A DNA stretch of 64,000 bases from Candidatus Eiseniibacteriota bacterium (GCA_963823555.1 CAWGMA010000004.1:288001-352000); one strand, 5' to 3'; counted from the first letter of the stretch, positions 9,183 through 19,960 are shown. Translations and numbers: made by a program. The notes: a model not told the origin generated them from the sequence alone.

Positions 9183-11264
9183 ATGGGCTGGAACATGAGG
9201 TCGGGTAGGCGCCGCACGCGCACTGGGGAGAGGTCGGTGGAGGTCGGGCGCAAGTCCCCGCTGGCCCTCCTGCTCGTTCTTGCCGCCATGCTCTGGGCCG
9301 GTGCGGTGGGGGGGCAGCCGGCCAGCGATGACTGCCTCATGTGTCACGGTGAGCAGGGTCTCACCGGTGCCAATGCCGCCGGCCAGGAGATCTCGATCTA
9401 CGTCGATCCCGTGCTCTACTCGAACTCAGTGCATGGCGGCTTTTCCTGCGTCGATTGCCATTCCGGGGTGCCGGTCGAGCACGACCCCGATCTCGGCGCG
9501 GTCAGCTGCGCGACGTGTCATGAGGACATCGATCATGAGGTGCGGGCGAGCGATCACGGCAACGGCAATCACCGCCTCGGGGCCGGAGCCTGCACCATGT
9601 GCCATGGAGACGCGCATCAGATCCTGCCGGCGAGCGATCCGAACTCGCTGATGCACAAGACGAAGATGCCCCAGCAGTGCGCGACCTGCCATGAGAGCAA
9701 GACCCCGCCCCCGGTGGCCATGGGACATCCGATCACGGCCTATGCGCTCACGGTTCACGGTCTGGCCATCCTGGAGAGGGGCAATCTCGATGCGGCGAGC
9801 TGCACCGATTGCCATGGCGCCCACCACATCACGAAGGCTGCAAAACCGGATTCACCGGTGAATCGCTTCAACATCGAGAACACCTGCGGCAAGTGCCACG
9901 GCACCGTGGCCGAGGCCTACGCCAACAGCATCCATGGCGTGGCCCTGGCCCGCGGCGTCAGCGAATCCGCAGCGTGCACCGATTGCCACGGCGAGCACAC
10001 CATCCTCGCCCACACCGATCCTCACTCCTCGGTGTTCGCCACGGCGATCTCGACCGAGACCTGCGCTCGGTGTCATGCTGCCGAGCGGCTCACCTCCAAG
10101 CTGGGGATACCGGACCGCCGGGTCGAGAGCTACCAGCAGAGCTACCACGGGCTGGCCTCCGAGGCCGGGAAGACGACGGTCGCCAACTGCTCGAGCTGCC
10201 ATGGCGTGCACGACATCCTGCCCTCGAGCGATCCCCGCTCCTCGACCTACCAGGCCAACTTGCCGGGGACCTGCGGCAAGTGCCATCCGGGGGTTTCGCA
10301 GGCCACGTTCACCGGGCTCACGGTGCATGCCGGGCCCGAGGACTCGGTCCCCATCATCCGCTGGGTCGTGCTCTTCTACCAGATCGCGATCCCCGTCATC
10401 ATCGGCGGCATGCTCCTCCACCACGCGCTCGACTTCGGGCGCAAGTTCAAGCGCCACGTGGCCCGCGAGCGGTTGACGCGCTCCTTCCTGCGTTGGAGCG
10501 GGGGAGAGCGTCTGGAGCACCTCTTCCTGCTCGTCTCCTTCATCGCGCTGGCGTACTCCGGCTTCGCCATCAAGTGGCCCAAGGAGTTCTGGGCCGCGCC
10601 GTTCCAGTGGCTGGGCGGGGAAGGGTTCCGCGGCAACTTCCACCGCGTCTTCGCCGCGATCTTCATCATCCTGAGCTTCGAGCACACGATCCGCGTGATC
10701 CTGAAGCCCCGCGGACGGCGGCTCATTGCCGGACTGGCCTTCCGGATCAACGATATCCAGCATGCGCTCGGATTCATGCGGGGCAAGGTGCCTTCGATGC
10801 ATGCGCAGGATCCAAGCGGCTTCAGCTACGTGGCCAAGGCCGAGTACTGGGCGCTGGTCTGGGGTGGCGTGGTGATGTCGGTGACGGGCTTGCTCCTCGT
10901 CTTCCAGGACTGGACACTCGCCAACCTGCCGTCCTGGGTTCCTGATTTTGCGACCTACGTTCACTACTACGAGGCAGTGCTGGCAACGCTCGCCATCATC
11001 GTCTGGCATTTCTACTCGGTGATCTTCGACCCCGATGTCTATCCGCTCGACACGGCGATGCTGTCGGGGAAGGTGCATGCCGCTGGGCACGGGGCGGGAC
11101 ATGGCTCTGGTCACGGAGCCGCAAAGACGCCGTCCGGCCCGAATGTTCCAGCGGATTCCAGGCCGGCCGAGGGAGCGGGGCGGCCGGGAGCGGATGGCGA
11201 TGGTGGCGCGGGGTCGAGCCCGGGTGCCGCGCGGGAGACCCGGGCCCCGAGCCGACACGGATGA
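9183..11264 (+). CDS. CbcL-like fusion of an 11-heme c domain and a cytochrome b (FdnI-type) membrane domain
   Basis: 11 CxxCH; then ERLEH...LAYSGF, FHR, KAEYWALVWG, VHYYEAVLA...WHFY cytochrome b motifs. GAGGAG RBS before ATG 9183 (ORF track starts at 9084). Confidence 0.88.
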   Translation: MGWNMRSGRRRTRTGERSVEVGRKSPLALLLVLAAMLWAGAVGGQPASDDCLMCHGEQGLTGANAAGQEISIYVDPVLYSNSVHGGFSCVDCHSGVPVEHDPDLGAVSCATCHEDIDHEVRASDHGNGNHRLGAGACTMCHGDAHQILPASDPNSLMHKTKMPQQCATCHESKTPPPVAMGHPITAYALTVHGLAILERGNLDAASCTDCHGAHHITKAAKPDSPVNRFNIENTCGKCHGTVAEAYANSIHGVALARGVSESAACTDCHGEHTILAHTDPHSSVFATAISTETCARCHAAERLTSKLGIPDRRVESYQQSYHGLASEAGKTTVANCSSCHGVHDILPSSDPRSSTYQANLPGTCGKCHPGVSQATFTGLTVHAGPEDSVPIIRWVVLFYQIAIPVIIGGMLLHHALDFGRKFKRHVARERLTRSFLRWSGGERLEHLFLLVSFIALAYSGFAIKWPKEFWAAPFQWLGGEGFRGNFHRVFAAIFIILSFEHTIRVILKPRGRRLIAGLAFRINDIQHALGFMRGKVPSMHAQDPSGFSYVAKAEYWALVWGGVVMSVTGLLLVFQDWTLANLPSWVPDFATYVHYYEAVLATLAIIVWHFYSVIFDPDVYPLDTAMLSGKVHAAGHGAGHGSGHGAAKTPSGPNVPADSRPAEGAGRPGADGDGGAGSSPGAARETRAPSRHG

Positions 11265-14203
11265 TCCCCTCGAGAGAGATGAGTTCGGGCCGCAAACGGA
11301 GGACGCGCGGGATGTCAGGCAACTTACGACGCTTGCTGGCGGCGGCAGGCCGGCTTGCGGGGCGGCGGGCGGGGCTCGTCGTTGCGATCGGCGTCGCCCT
11401 CGGGATCGCTCTCCTCATGGCCGGAGCCGATCTGGGCGGGCTCGGCGGGGGCGCGGCGCCGGCCTCGGCGCAGAGCGAGAAGCCGCTGCCTCCAGGGGCC
11501 GAGGCCTGCATCGATTGCCACGAGGCAGGCCGGCCCGGCCGTCGCGTGGCCGGGGAGCCGCCGCGATTCGACCCGGCCGCCATCCTCGCTTCGCCGCATT
11601 CCGGGCTCGATTGCACCGATTGCCACCAAGATCTGGCCGGCGCCGAGATGCCGCACGCCGAGGAGCTATCTCCCGTGGCGTGCGCCATGTGCCACGACCA
11701 GATCCAGACCCAGTTCGAGGAGAGCCTGCACGGAGTCGCCGCCAACCGGGGCGACCCGCTGGCTCCGACCTGTGCGACGTGCCACGGCAAGCACGACATC
11801 CGCCGCGCTTCGGATCCCGATGCCATGACCGCGGTCATCAACGTTCCGCTCCTGTGTGGTCGCTGTCATCACGAAGGGAGTCCGGTCTCGCTCACTCACT
11901 CCATCCCGCAGGACTCGATCCTCGAGAATTACTCGGAGTCGATCCACGGCGAGGGCCTCTTCAAGCAGGGTCTCGTGGTCACTGCCGTGTGCACGAGCTG
12001 TCACACGGCACACCATGTGCTGCCCCACACGGATCCACGGTCTTCGATTTCCCGCGGCAAGATCGCCGATACCTGTACCCAGTGCCACGGGCAGATCGAG
12101 GAGGTTCACCGCAAGGTGATCCGCGGCGAGCTCTGGGAGAAGCAGCCGCACATGATTCCGGCCTGTGTCGACTGCCACTCCCCGCACAAGGTGCGCAAGG
12201 TGTTCTACACCCAGGGACTCGCGGATCGCGACTGCATGCGCTGCCATGCACGCAGCGATCTGGCCTCGGCGACGGGCCTCGAGGCCGCGGATCTCCACGT
12301 CAATACGCACGAACTTGCCGGCTCGCGGCATGCCAAAGTGGCTTGCGTGCAGTGCCATACCGACTGCACGCCCTCGCGCGAGCGCGCCTGTGAGACCGTT
12401 ATCGAGCGCGTGGACTGTTCGATCTGCCACAATGAGGTCGTCGAGGAATACAAGGGGAGCACGGCATGGGCAGCTGGCCAGCGAGGGCAGCCCCGATGCT
12501 CCGGACTGCCGCGATTGCCACGGCACCCACGGCACGCTCGGCAAGACCGATTCCAAGTCGCCGATCTTCTCCCGCAACATTCCCGCTCTCTGCGGTCGCT
12601 GTCACCGGGTGGGGGAGAAGGCGGCCGTGCGGTACCAGGGGCACGAGACCGAGGTGGTCGAACACTATACCGAGTCGATCCACGGCAAGGGGCTCCTGGA
12701 GAGCGGGCTCACGGTCACCGCAACCTGTGCCAACTGCCACACCGCACACGGCGAGCTGCCGGCGAGCGATCCGACCTCGACTGTGAACCGAGCGAACATC
12801 GCCGAGACCTGCGCGCAGTGTCACCGGGGAATCTACGAGCTCTTCACCGCAAGCATCCACTCGGCAGACTGTGACCAAGACCGACAAGAAGCTGCCCGAT
12901 CTGTAGCGATTGTCACTCGGCCCACACGATCCGCCGCACCGACATCACCGATTTCCAGCTCCACATCATGGATCAGTGCGGCAACTGCCACGAGGACATC
13001 GCCGAGACCTACTTCGACACCTATCACGGCAAGGTGTCGAAGCTCGGGCTACGTGAAGACGGCCAAGTGCTACGACTGCCACGGGGCGCACGACATCCTT
13101 CCGGTCTGGAACCCCAGATCGCACCTGAGCCGTGAAAACATCGTCGAGACCTGTGCGCAATGTCATCCCGGCTCGAATCGCCGGTTCGCCGGCTATCTGA
13201 CCCACGCCACGCACCACGACCAGCACAAGTACCCGTTTCTCTTCTACGCCTTCTGGGGCATGACCGCTCTGCTCGCCGGAACCCTGAGCTTGGCTGGGAT
13301 GCACACGCTGGCCTGGCTGCCGCGCTCGCTCCAGTACCGGAAGAAGCTGAAGCAGGCTCACGCCGAAGACAAGAGCAAGACCTATGTGCGTCGCTTCCCG
13401 CCCTTCTACTCGAAGCTGCATCTGATGGTGATCGTGAGCTTCTTCGCCCTCGCGCTCACCGGAATGACGCTCAAGTTCTCCTACACGGACTGGGCGCGGG
13501 TGATGGCGCGGCTCTTCGGCGGCTTCGAGGCGGCCGGCTTCATCCACCGCGTCGCCGCCGTCATCACCTTCGCCTACTTCGCGCTCCATGTCTTCGATCT
13601 CATCAAGAGCAAGCGCAAGGCGGCGGGTGGGCTGGGCAAGCTCTTGCTCGGCCCCAACAGCATGCTGCCGACCCTCAACGATTTCCGCGAGTTCGTGCAG
13701 ATCCTACGCTGGTTCATCGGGATCGGGCCCGCGGCCCAACTACGGGCGCTGGACCTACTGGGAGAAGTTCGACTACTTCGCCGTGTTCTGGGGGGTGGCG
13801 ATGATCGGCACGACCGGGCTCCTGCTCTGGTTCCCCGAGTTCTTCACCCGCCTGATCCCCGGCTGGGTGCTGAACGTGGCCACCATCATCCACAGCGACG
13901 AGGCCCTGCTCGCGGTCGGCTTCATCTTCACCATCCACTTCTTCAACACGCACTTCCGCCCGGAGAAGTTCCCCATGGACACCGGTGATCTTCACCGGGC
14001 TGGTGCCGCTCGAGGAGTTCAAGCTGGACCGCCCGCGCGAGTACGCGGAGCTCGAGGCCTCGGGCCGTCTCGAGAGCCTGCTCGAGTCGGGGCCGGACCC
14101 GAAGACGGTTCGCAGGTGGCGCATCTTCGGATTCACGGCGCTCGCGATCGGGATCTCGCTGATCGGCCTGATCCTCTACGCCGCGATCTTCGCCTATCGG
14201 TAG
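11261..14203 (+). CDS. Second, larger CbcL-like c/b cytochrome (about 19 hemes), split by about 6 single-base insertions as assembled
   Basis: ORFs 11261-12874, 12165-13988, 13588-14217 and 13985-14203 join into one protein with 19 CxxCH plus LHLM...[27 protein letters not shown]...IHFF. Frameshifts near 12463, 12864, 12898, 13048, 13730 and 13984. Confidence 0.82.
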
Positions 14204-14213
14204 GCAAGGGCGG

Positions 14214-15428
14214 CTAGCGGGGGCGGGGCGTGGACTCCGGCGTGAACCAGCCCTGGGTGGCGAGGCAGATCCGGACCAGGAACAGCATCACCGGCACCTC
14301 GATCAAGACGCCGACCACGGTGGCGAGGGCGGCTCCGCTCGACAGGCCGAAGAGCAGCGTGGCGGTGGCGATCGCCACCTCGAAGTGGTTGGAGGCCCCG
14401 ATCAGCGCGGCGGGCGCGGCATACGCGTAGCGCAGGCGAAGCAGCCGGGCCAGGGCGTAGGCGAGCCAGAAGATGAGGTTCGTCTGCACGAAGAGGGGGA
14501 TCGCAATCCAGATGATGGTCAGGGGTTGCGAGACGATGACCTCGCCCTTGAAGGAGAAGAGCAGGACCAGGGTCAGGAGCAACGCCCCGATCGTGACCGG
14601 GGTCAGGAGATGGAGGAAGCGTTCCCGGAACCAGCGCTCGCCCTTGGTCGCGATGATGCGGCGGCGAGTCCAGTAGCCAGCGGCCAGCGGCAACGCCACG
14701 TAGATCGCAATCGAAAGCAGGAGTGCCTGCCACGGGACGGGGAGCCGGCCGACTCCCAGGAGGAAGCCCCCGAGCGGCCCGTAGAGGAAGAGCATGGTCA
14801 GCGAGTTGAGAGCGACCATGACCAGGGTGAGGCCGTCGCTGCCCCGGGCCAGAGTGCCCCAGACCAGCACCATCGCCGTGCAGGGCGCCACCCCGAGCAG
14901 GATGCAGCCGGCGAGGTAGCTCCGCCACAGCGGCACGGCGAGCATCTTGACGCCATCGACGAGGACGACCCGTCCCACGCCGTGCATCGCCCCCACCGGG
15001 AGATCGAGGCCGAGCGGCATCTTGAGCGTGTCCATGGCCTCGGGCCCGATCATTCCGCGGAACACGGTGCCGAGGAAGAAGACCGAGATCGCCACCATCG
15101 TGAAGGGCTTGATCGCCCAGTTCACGATCAGCGTGAGCAGCACCGGTTTCAGGCTGCTCTCGCGCCGAACCACGGTGGCGAAGTCGATCTTCACCATGAT
15201 CGGGTACATCATGAGGAAGAGGCAGACGGCGATCGGGATGGACACCACCGGGGCCCCGCCGACGCGGATCGAAAGACCATCGAGCGTGCGGGCTACCTCG
15301 GGCGCCGCCTTGCCGAGCCCGATCCCCGCCATGATGCAGAGCACGACCCAGAGCGTGAGGTAGCGCTCGAAGGCCCCGAGCCCGCGGCCTGCGGCGGCCG
15401 GGGCCCCGCTTGACTGCGCCTTCTTCAT
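14214..15428 (-). CDS. acr3: Arsenite efflux permease Acr3
   Basis: [49 protein letters not shown]. Confidence 0.95.
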   Translation of the reverse strand: MKKAQSSGAPAAAGRGLGAFERYLTLWVVLCIMAGIGLGKAAPEVARTLDGLSIRVGGAPVVSIPIAVCLFLMMYPIMVKIDFATVVRRESSLKPVLLTLIVNWAIKPFTMVAISVFFLGTVFRGMIGPEAMDTLKMPLGLDLPVGAMHGVGRVVLVDGVKMLAVPLWRSYLAGCILLGVAPCTAMVLVWGTLARGSDGLTLVMVALNSLTMLFLYGPLGGFLLGVGRLPVPWQALLLSIAIYVALPLAAGYWTRRRIIATKGERWFRERFLHLLTPVTIGALLLTLVLLFSFKGEVIVSQPLTIIWIAIPLFVQTNLIFWLAYALARLLRLRYAYAAPAALIGASNHFEVAIATATLLFGLSSGAALATVVGVLIEVPVMLFLVRICLATQGWFTPESTPRPR

Positions 15429-15880
15429 GACGTCTCCCTGATGGTGCGCGGCCGCATGCTCTCGAGCGAGTGGGGGAGCCCCGCCACGAAAGCGCGGATC
15501 TCGTCGCGCACCCGCCGGTAGTGATCGAGGGCCTTTTCCTCGTCGATCTCGTCCCGGGCAAGCGCCGGTGGGTCATCGAAACCGACATGAACCACGCGTG
15601 TGGCTCGCGGAAAGGACGGGCAGTGCTCGTCGGCATGCCCGCAGACCGTGACCACCCAGTCGAACTCGATCGCCGCCACCTCATCGAAGTGCTTGGCGCG
15701 CTGCCCCGAGATGTCGATCCCGGCCTCGGCCATGACGCGGACCGCACGGGGATCCAGCCGGCCGGGAGCGACGCCGGCGGAATGGGCGGCGATCCGCTCG
15801 CCATGCAGGTGGCGGGCGAGACCCTCGGCCATCTGGCTGCGGCAGGAATTGCCGGTGCAGAGGAAGAGGACCGTGAGCAT
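15425..15880 (-). CDS. arsC: Thioredoxin-dependent arsenate reductase (LMW-PTP fold)
   Basis: [17 protein letters not shown]-loop, [12 protein letters not shown] redox pair, FDDP; coupled to acr3. Confidence 0.93.
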   Translation of the reverse strand: MLTVLFLCTGNSCRSQMAEGLARHLHGERIAAHSAGVAPGRLDPRAVRVMAEAGIDISGQRAKHFDEVAAIEFDWVVTVCGHADEHCPSFPRATRVVHVGFDDPPALARDEIDEEKALDHYRRVRDEIRAFVAGLPHSLESMRPRTIRETS

Positions 15881-15893
15881 TACCGTCTGAGCC

Positions 15894-16634
15894 CTAGCCC
15901 ATGAACCGGCGCCAGTCCTCGAGCGATCGCACCTGCAGGTAGACGTTGGCGCGCCGTTCCTGGGCAAGCGTCGAGGTCGGTGTCGGACCATAGTCGTGTC
16001 CGGGGAAGAGAACGGTCGATTCGGGTAGCCGGGTGAGACGCTGGGTCAGCGTGCGGTACATCTCGTCGGGATCGCCTCCGGGTAGATCGACCCGCCCACA
16101 GCCCTGGACGAAGAGCGTGTCCCCGGCCACCAGGCGCCCGCCGACGAGGAAGCACTGGCTTCCCGGCGTGTGCCCCGGGGTATGCACGAGCTCGATCTCG
16201 ACCTCGCCAATGCGGACAATATCCCCACCCTCGTGGGGGACCAGATCGGTGCTGCTGAGCCCCGTGACGAGGCGGATCCCACGGACCTCGCTCTTGTGCG
16301 CATGGGCCCGCGCCCCGGTGAGCTCGACGAGGCGGGCGAGCCCGACCACGGAGTGGCCGAACAGGTCGCCGCCGACATGATCGGGGTGGTAGTGGGTGCA
16401 GAGGGCTCCCGTGATGCGCATCCCATCGGCGGTAGCCAGGGCGACGAGCCCATCCACATCCCAGGCTGGATCCACGACCAGGCACTCGCCGCGTTCGCGA
16501 TCCCCGATCAGGTAGACGAAGTTGACCATCTGGGCCGCGATCGGGTCGGTCGCGGCGATCTCGCGCCCGCAGAGGAGCTGGCGGAAGTAGAGGCGGGAAG
16601 GTTCAGGACTCATCGTCGTCTCGGTCCTCGCCAT
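15894..16634 (-). CDS. MBL-fold metallo-hydrolase (glyoxalase II/ETHE1-like)
   Basis: THYHPDH, HTPGHTPG, GDTLF..GCGR.D, PGHDY. Confidence 0.85.
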   Translation of the reverse strand: MARTETTMSPEPSRLYFRQLLCGREIAATDPIAAQMVNFVYLIGDRERGECLVVDPAWDVDGLVALATADGMRITGALCTHYHPDHVGGDLFGHSVVGLARLVELTGARAHAHKSEVRGIRLVTGLSSTDLVPHEGGDIVRIGEVEIELVHTPGHTPGSQCFLVGGRLVAGDTLFVQGCGRVDLPGGDPDEMYRTLTQRLTRLPESTVLFPGHDYGPTPTSTLAQERRANVYLQVRSLEDWRRFMG

Positions 16635-16671
16635 GGTCTGGGGACGGGATCCGTCTCATGTTTGCCGTTCC

Positions 16672-17139
16672 TCACAGCACCCGTGCCGACTCGTACCGTC
16701 GCATCCGTTCCAGGAGCTCCGCAGGTGAACCGGCCGTGAGCAGCGCCTCCGCTGTGCGAGCATCCTTGAGCAGGCGGGCCAGCGCGGCCAGGAGCCGCAG
16801 ATGCTCGCCGTGGTTGGCGAGCGGGGAGAGGAGGAGCACCACGAGCCTAGCCGTGGCCCCGGTCTCCTCGTCCCACAGGACAGGACGGGCGAGACGGGTC
16901 CACCCGCACAGGCTCCTGGTGAGACCAGGCACGCGGGCGTGGGGTAGCGCGAGATCGCGCGTGAGGAGCGTCGACTGCTTCCCCTCACGCTCGGTGAGGA
17001 TCCGCTCGGCCTCCTCGGGACTCGCGAGCGCGCCGGAAGCGACCGCCCGCGCCAGCAGGGCGGAGATGACGGCCGACTTCTCCGTGCAATCGGGGTCGAG
17101 GAGGATCATATCTTCGGGCAGGATCTCCGCGATCGCCAT
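16672..17139 (-). CDS. Stand-alone PTS EIIA type-2 (PtsN-like) protein
   Basis: ERE..ST, LALPHAR phospho-His motif, HLRLLAALARLL; GGAGG RBS. Confidence 0.85.
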   Translation of the reverse strand: MAIAEILPEDMILLDPDCTEKSAVISALLARAVASGALASPEEAERILTEREGKQSTLLTRDLALPHARVPGLTRSLCGWTRLARPVLWDEETGATARLVVLLLSPLANHGEHLRLLAALARLLKDARTAEALLTAGSPAELLERMRRYESARVL

Positions 17140-17200
17140 GGTCACCTCCACCTCGGGAACAATATCGCAATCCCGGGCGGCCTTTCGACACTTCTCGTCC

Positions 17201-19960
17201 CTACCATCGCGCCCTCCGTCGCACGAGCTTGAAGACCTCCGCCACCACCATGAAGACTGCCACGCCGATCGCCGCCAGCTTCCAGTCCGCGAGTGCCAGT
17301 CCTTCCTGTCCGAAGACGCGGTTCAAGAAGGGGTGGTAGATGCCAAAGAGAAGCAGGGCCGTTGACAGCGCCACGCCGGCGAGGAGCCAGTGGTTGGCGC
17401 CGACCCCGGTGCGGAAGATGGACTCCGTCGCGTGTCGCGCGTTGAAGGCATGGACGAGCTGGACCAGAGCCAGCGTGGCAAAGGCCATGGTCCGCGCCCT
17501 GGCGAGTCCGGCCTCGCCGCCTGAAGAGGATTCCAGAACGAACACGGCCAGGGTGATCAAGCTCATCGCGAGCCCGTGCACGAGAACGCTGGCGATGGCC
17601 GGCGGCGGGAACAGGCTGGCCCGTGGGTTGCGCGGCGGTCGCCGCATGATGTCGTGATCGGGCGGATCGACCCCGAGCGCCAGGGCCGGCGGCGTGTCGG
17701 TCACCAGGTTGAGCCAGAGGATCTGGATCGGGGTCAAGGGCAGCGGCATCCCGGCGGCCATCGTGAACAGCATGAGAAAGATCTCGGCGACATTGCACGA
17801 CAGGAGATAGATGATGAACTTCTGGATGTTATCGAGGATACGCCGGCCTTCCTCGACGGCGGCGATGATCGTCGCGAAGTTGTCATCCGTGAGGATGATA
17901 TCCGCTGCCTGCTTGGTCACGTCGCTGCCGGTGCGGCCCATGGCGACCCCGACATTCGCATGCTTGATCGCCGGCGCATCGTTGACGCCGTCCCCGGTCA
18001 TGGCCACGATCTGACCCTGGCTCCGGAGCGCGCGGACGATCTTGAGCTTGTTCTCCGGGCTCACGCGGGCGAAGACGGCGGGTACCTCACGCATCTCCGC
18101 CAGCGCCTGCTCCGGGATGAGATCGAGCTCCTGGCCGGCGAGAACACCGGTCGCCGCGGAGCCATCGGTGCCCCGCGGGTCGAGGATCCCGGTCTTGCCG
18201 GCGATCGCGGCGGCCGTCGCCTGGTGGTCGCCCGTGATCATATGGACGCGGATGCCCGCGGCTGATGCCCTTTCAACCGACGCGGCCGCCTCCGGCCGCG
18301 GCGGGTCGCTGAGTCCGACCAGACCGATGAAGGTCATCCCGTGCTCGACGTCCTCTGGCTCGACATCGAGGTCGTACTCACCGATCGTTCGCCAGGCGAG
18401 CCCGAGAACGCGTAGCCCGCGACCGGCCATTTCACTGTTCGCCTGCTCGATGAGGTGGCGTTCGTCGTCATCGAGAGGTGCCGCGCTGTCATGCCGCTGC
18501 CATGTCGTGGAAACCGCGAGCACCGCCTCGGGAGCGCCCTTGGTCAGCACGAGCACTCGTTCCTCGGGGGCTTCGTAGATGACGCTCATTCGTTTGCGCT
18601 GGCTGTCGAAGGGCAGCTCGGTCAGGAACTCATGGCTTGCAGCCAGCTCCGCCTTGCCGCGCCCGGCCTTGGAGGCCAGGACCTGAAGCGCCGCCTCGCT
18701 GGCATCCCCCACCACTTCCCACCCTTGCTCCTCGTCCTCCTGCAGCACTGCATTGTTACAGAGCGCCGCCGTCATGAGCGCGAGCTCGAGGGGCAAGCCG
18801 AAGGCCGTCACCGTCTCTCCGTCCTTCTGGATCTCGCCCGCAGGGCGGATGCCGGTTCCGGTAACGGTGAAGGAATCGCCAGCCACCCAGAGGTCCGTGG
18901 CCACCATGCGGCCTTCGGTGAGCGTTCCGGTCTTGTCCGAGCAGACGGCGGTCACCGAGCCCAGGGTCTCGACGGCGGGCAGGCGACGCACGATCGCGCT
19001 CCGGCGCGCCATGCGCTGCACGCCGACCGCCATGGTGACCGTGACGACGGCGACCAGGCCCTCGGGGATGACGGCGACGGCGAGGCTCACGGCCGTCATG
19101 ATGACCTCGCCCACGGCGCGACCCTGGATGAGCCCGATGGCGGCAATCAGGGCGCAGAGCGCAAGGCTCACCAGCACGAGCAGGCGGCCGAGCGCGGCGA
19201 GCTTGATCTGGAGCGGCGTCGGTTTCTCGCTCGGAATGGCGAGGGCGTCGGCAATGCGACCGATCTGGGTGTTGCGGCCGGTGGCGACGGCGATTCCCTT
19301 GCCGCGCCCGGCCGTGACGACCGTGCCCATGAACGCCATGTTGCGCCGGTCACCCAGCGGCACCCTCCGGCTCAGGATGACCTGGACGCCCTTCTCGACC
19401 GGCAGCGATTCCCCGGTTAGCACGGATTCCTCGATCTCGAGACCGACCACCTCGGCGAGTCGGATGTCGGCGGGAACCTGGTTCCCCTCGTCGAGGAAGA
19501 CGATGTCCCCCGGGACGACCTCCACGGCCGGAATGGTCTCCACCTGCCTCTCGCGCAGCACATGGGCCTCGGGCCCGGCCATCTCCCGCATCGAGGCCAG
19601 CGTTCGTTCGGCCTTGTATTCCTGGAAGAAGCCGATCACCGCGTTGGCCACGACGACGATGGCGATGACCACGGCGTCGCCGTAGTCGCGCATGGCGAGG
19701 GAGAGGATCGTGGCGCCGATCAGGATCAGCACCATGAAATCCATGAACTGCTTGGCGAAGAGGCGGAGGGGCGAGATCTGCGCCGGCTCGGGGAGGCGAT
19801 TGGGTCCGTGCGTGGCGAGGCGGTTTGCGGCCTCGTCGGCGGCAAGCCCTTGATCCAGGCGCGTTTCGAGCTGGGCGCAGATCTCCTCGACCTTGCGGCT
19901 GTAGTGGACCGCCTCGGCGGCCGGCGTTGCAGGGCCCGGTTGGGTGCCGGTCGTCATCAC
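17201..19960 (-). CDS. Cation-transporting P-type ATPase (type II, Ca2+/Na+-like)
   Basis: TGES, IPEGL, CSDKTGTLT, KGAPE, TGDGVNDAP, LWLNLVTD. Confidence 0.95.
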   Translation of the reverse strand: MMTTGTQPGPATPAAEAVHYSRKVEEICAQLETRLDQGLAADEAANRLATHGPNRLPEPAQISPLRLFAKQFMDFMVLILIGATILSLAMRDYGDAVVIAIVVVANAVIGFFQEYKAERTLASMREMAGPEAHVLRERQVETIPAVEVVPGDIVFLDEGNQVPADIRLAEVVGLEIEESVLTGESLPVEKGVQVILSRRVPLGDRRNMAFMGTVVTAGRGKGIAVATGRNTQIGRIADALAIPSEKPTPLQIKLAALGRLLVLVSLALCALIAAIGLIQGRAVGEVIMTAVSLAVAVIPEGLVAVVTVTMAVGVQRMARRSAIVRRLPAVETLGSVTAVCSDKTGTLTEGRMVATDLWVAGDSFTVTGTGIRPAGEIQKDGETVTAFGLPLELALMTAALCNNAVLQEDEEQGWEVVGDASEAALQVLASKAGRGKAELAASHEFLTELPFDSQRKRMSVIYEAPEERVLVLTKGAPEAVLAVSTTWQRHDSAAPLDDDERHLIEQANSEMAGRGLRVLGLAWRTIGEYDLDVEPEDVEHGMTFIGLVGLSDPPRPEAAASVERASAAGIRVHMITGDHQATAAAIAGKTGILDPRGTDGSAATGVLAGQELDLIPEQALAEMREVPAVFARVSPENKLKIVRALRSQGQIVAMTGDGVNDAPAIKHANVGVAMGRTGSDVTKQAADIILTDDNFATIIAAVEEGRRILDNIQKFIIYLLSCNVAEIFLMLFTMAAGMPLPLTPIQILWLNLVTDTPPALALGVDPPDHDIMRRPPRNPRASLFPPPAIASVLVHGLAMSLITLAVFVLESSSGGEAGLARARTMAFATLALVQLVHAFNARHATESIFRTGVGANHWLLAGVALSTALLLFGIYHPFLNRVFGQEGLALADWKLAAIGVAVFMVVAEVFKLVRRRARW

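Noticed and set aside
14214..15880. Respiratory arsenate reduction by the cytochrome island
   Set aside because: Only detox genes (arsC, acr3) are present; no arrAB-type molybdoenzyme is in the window.
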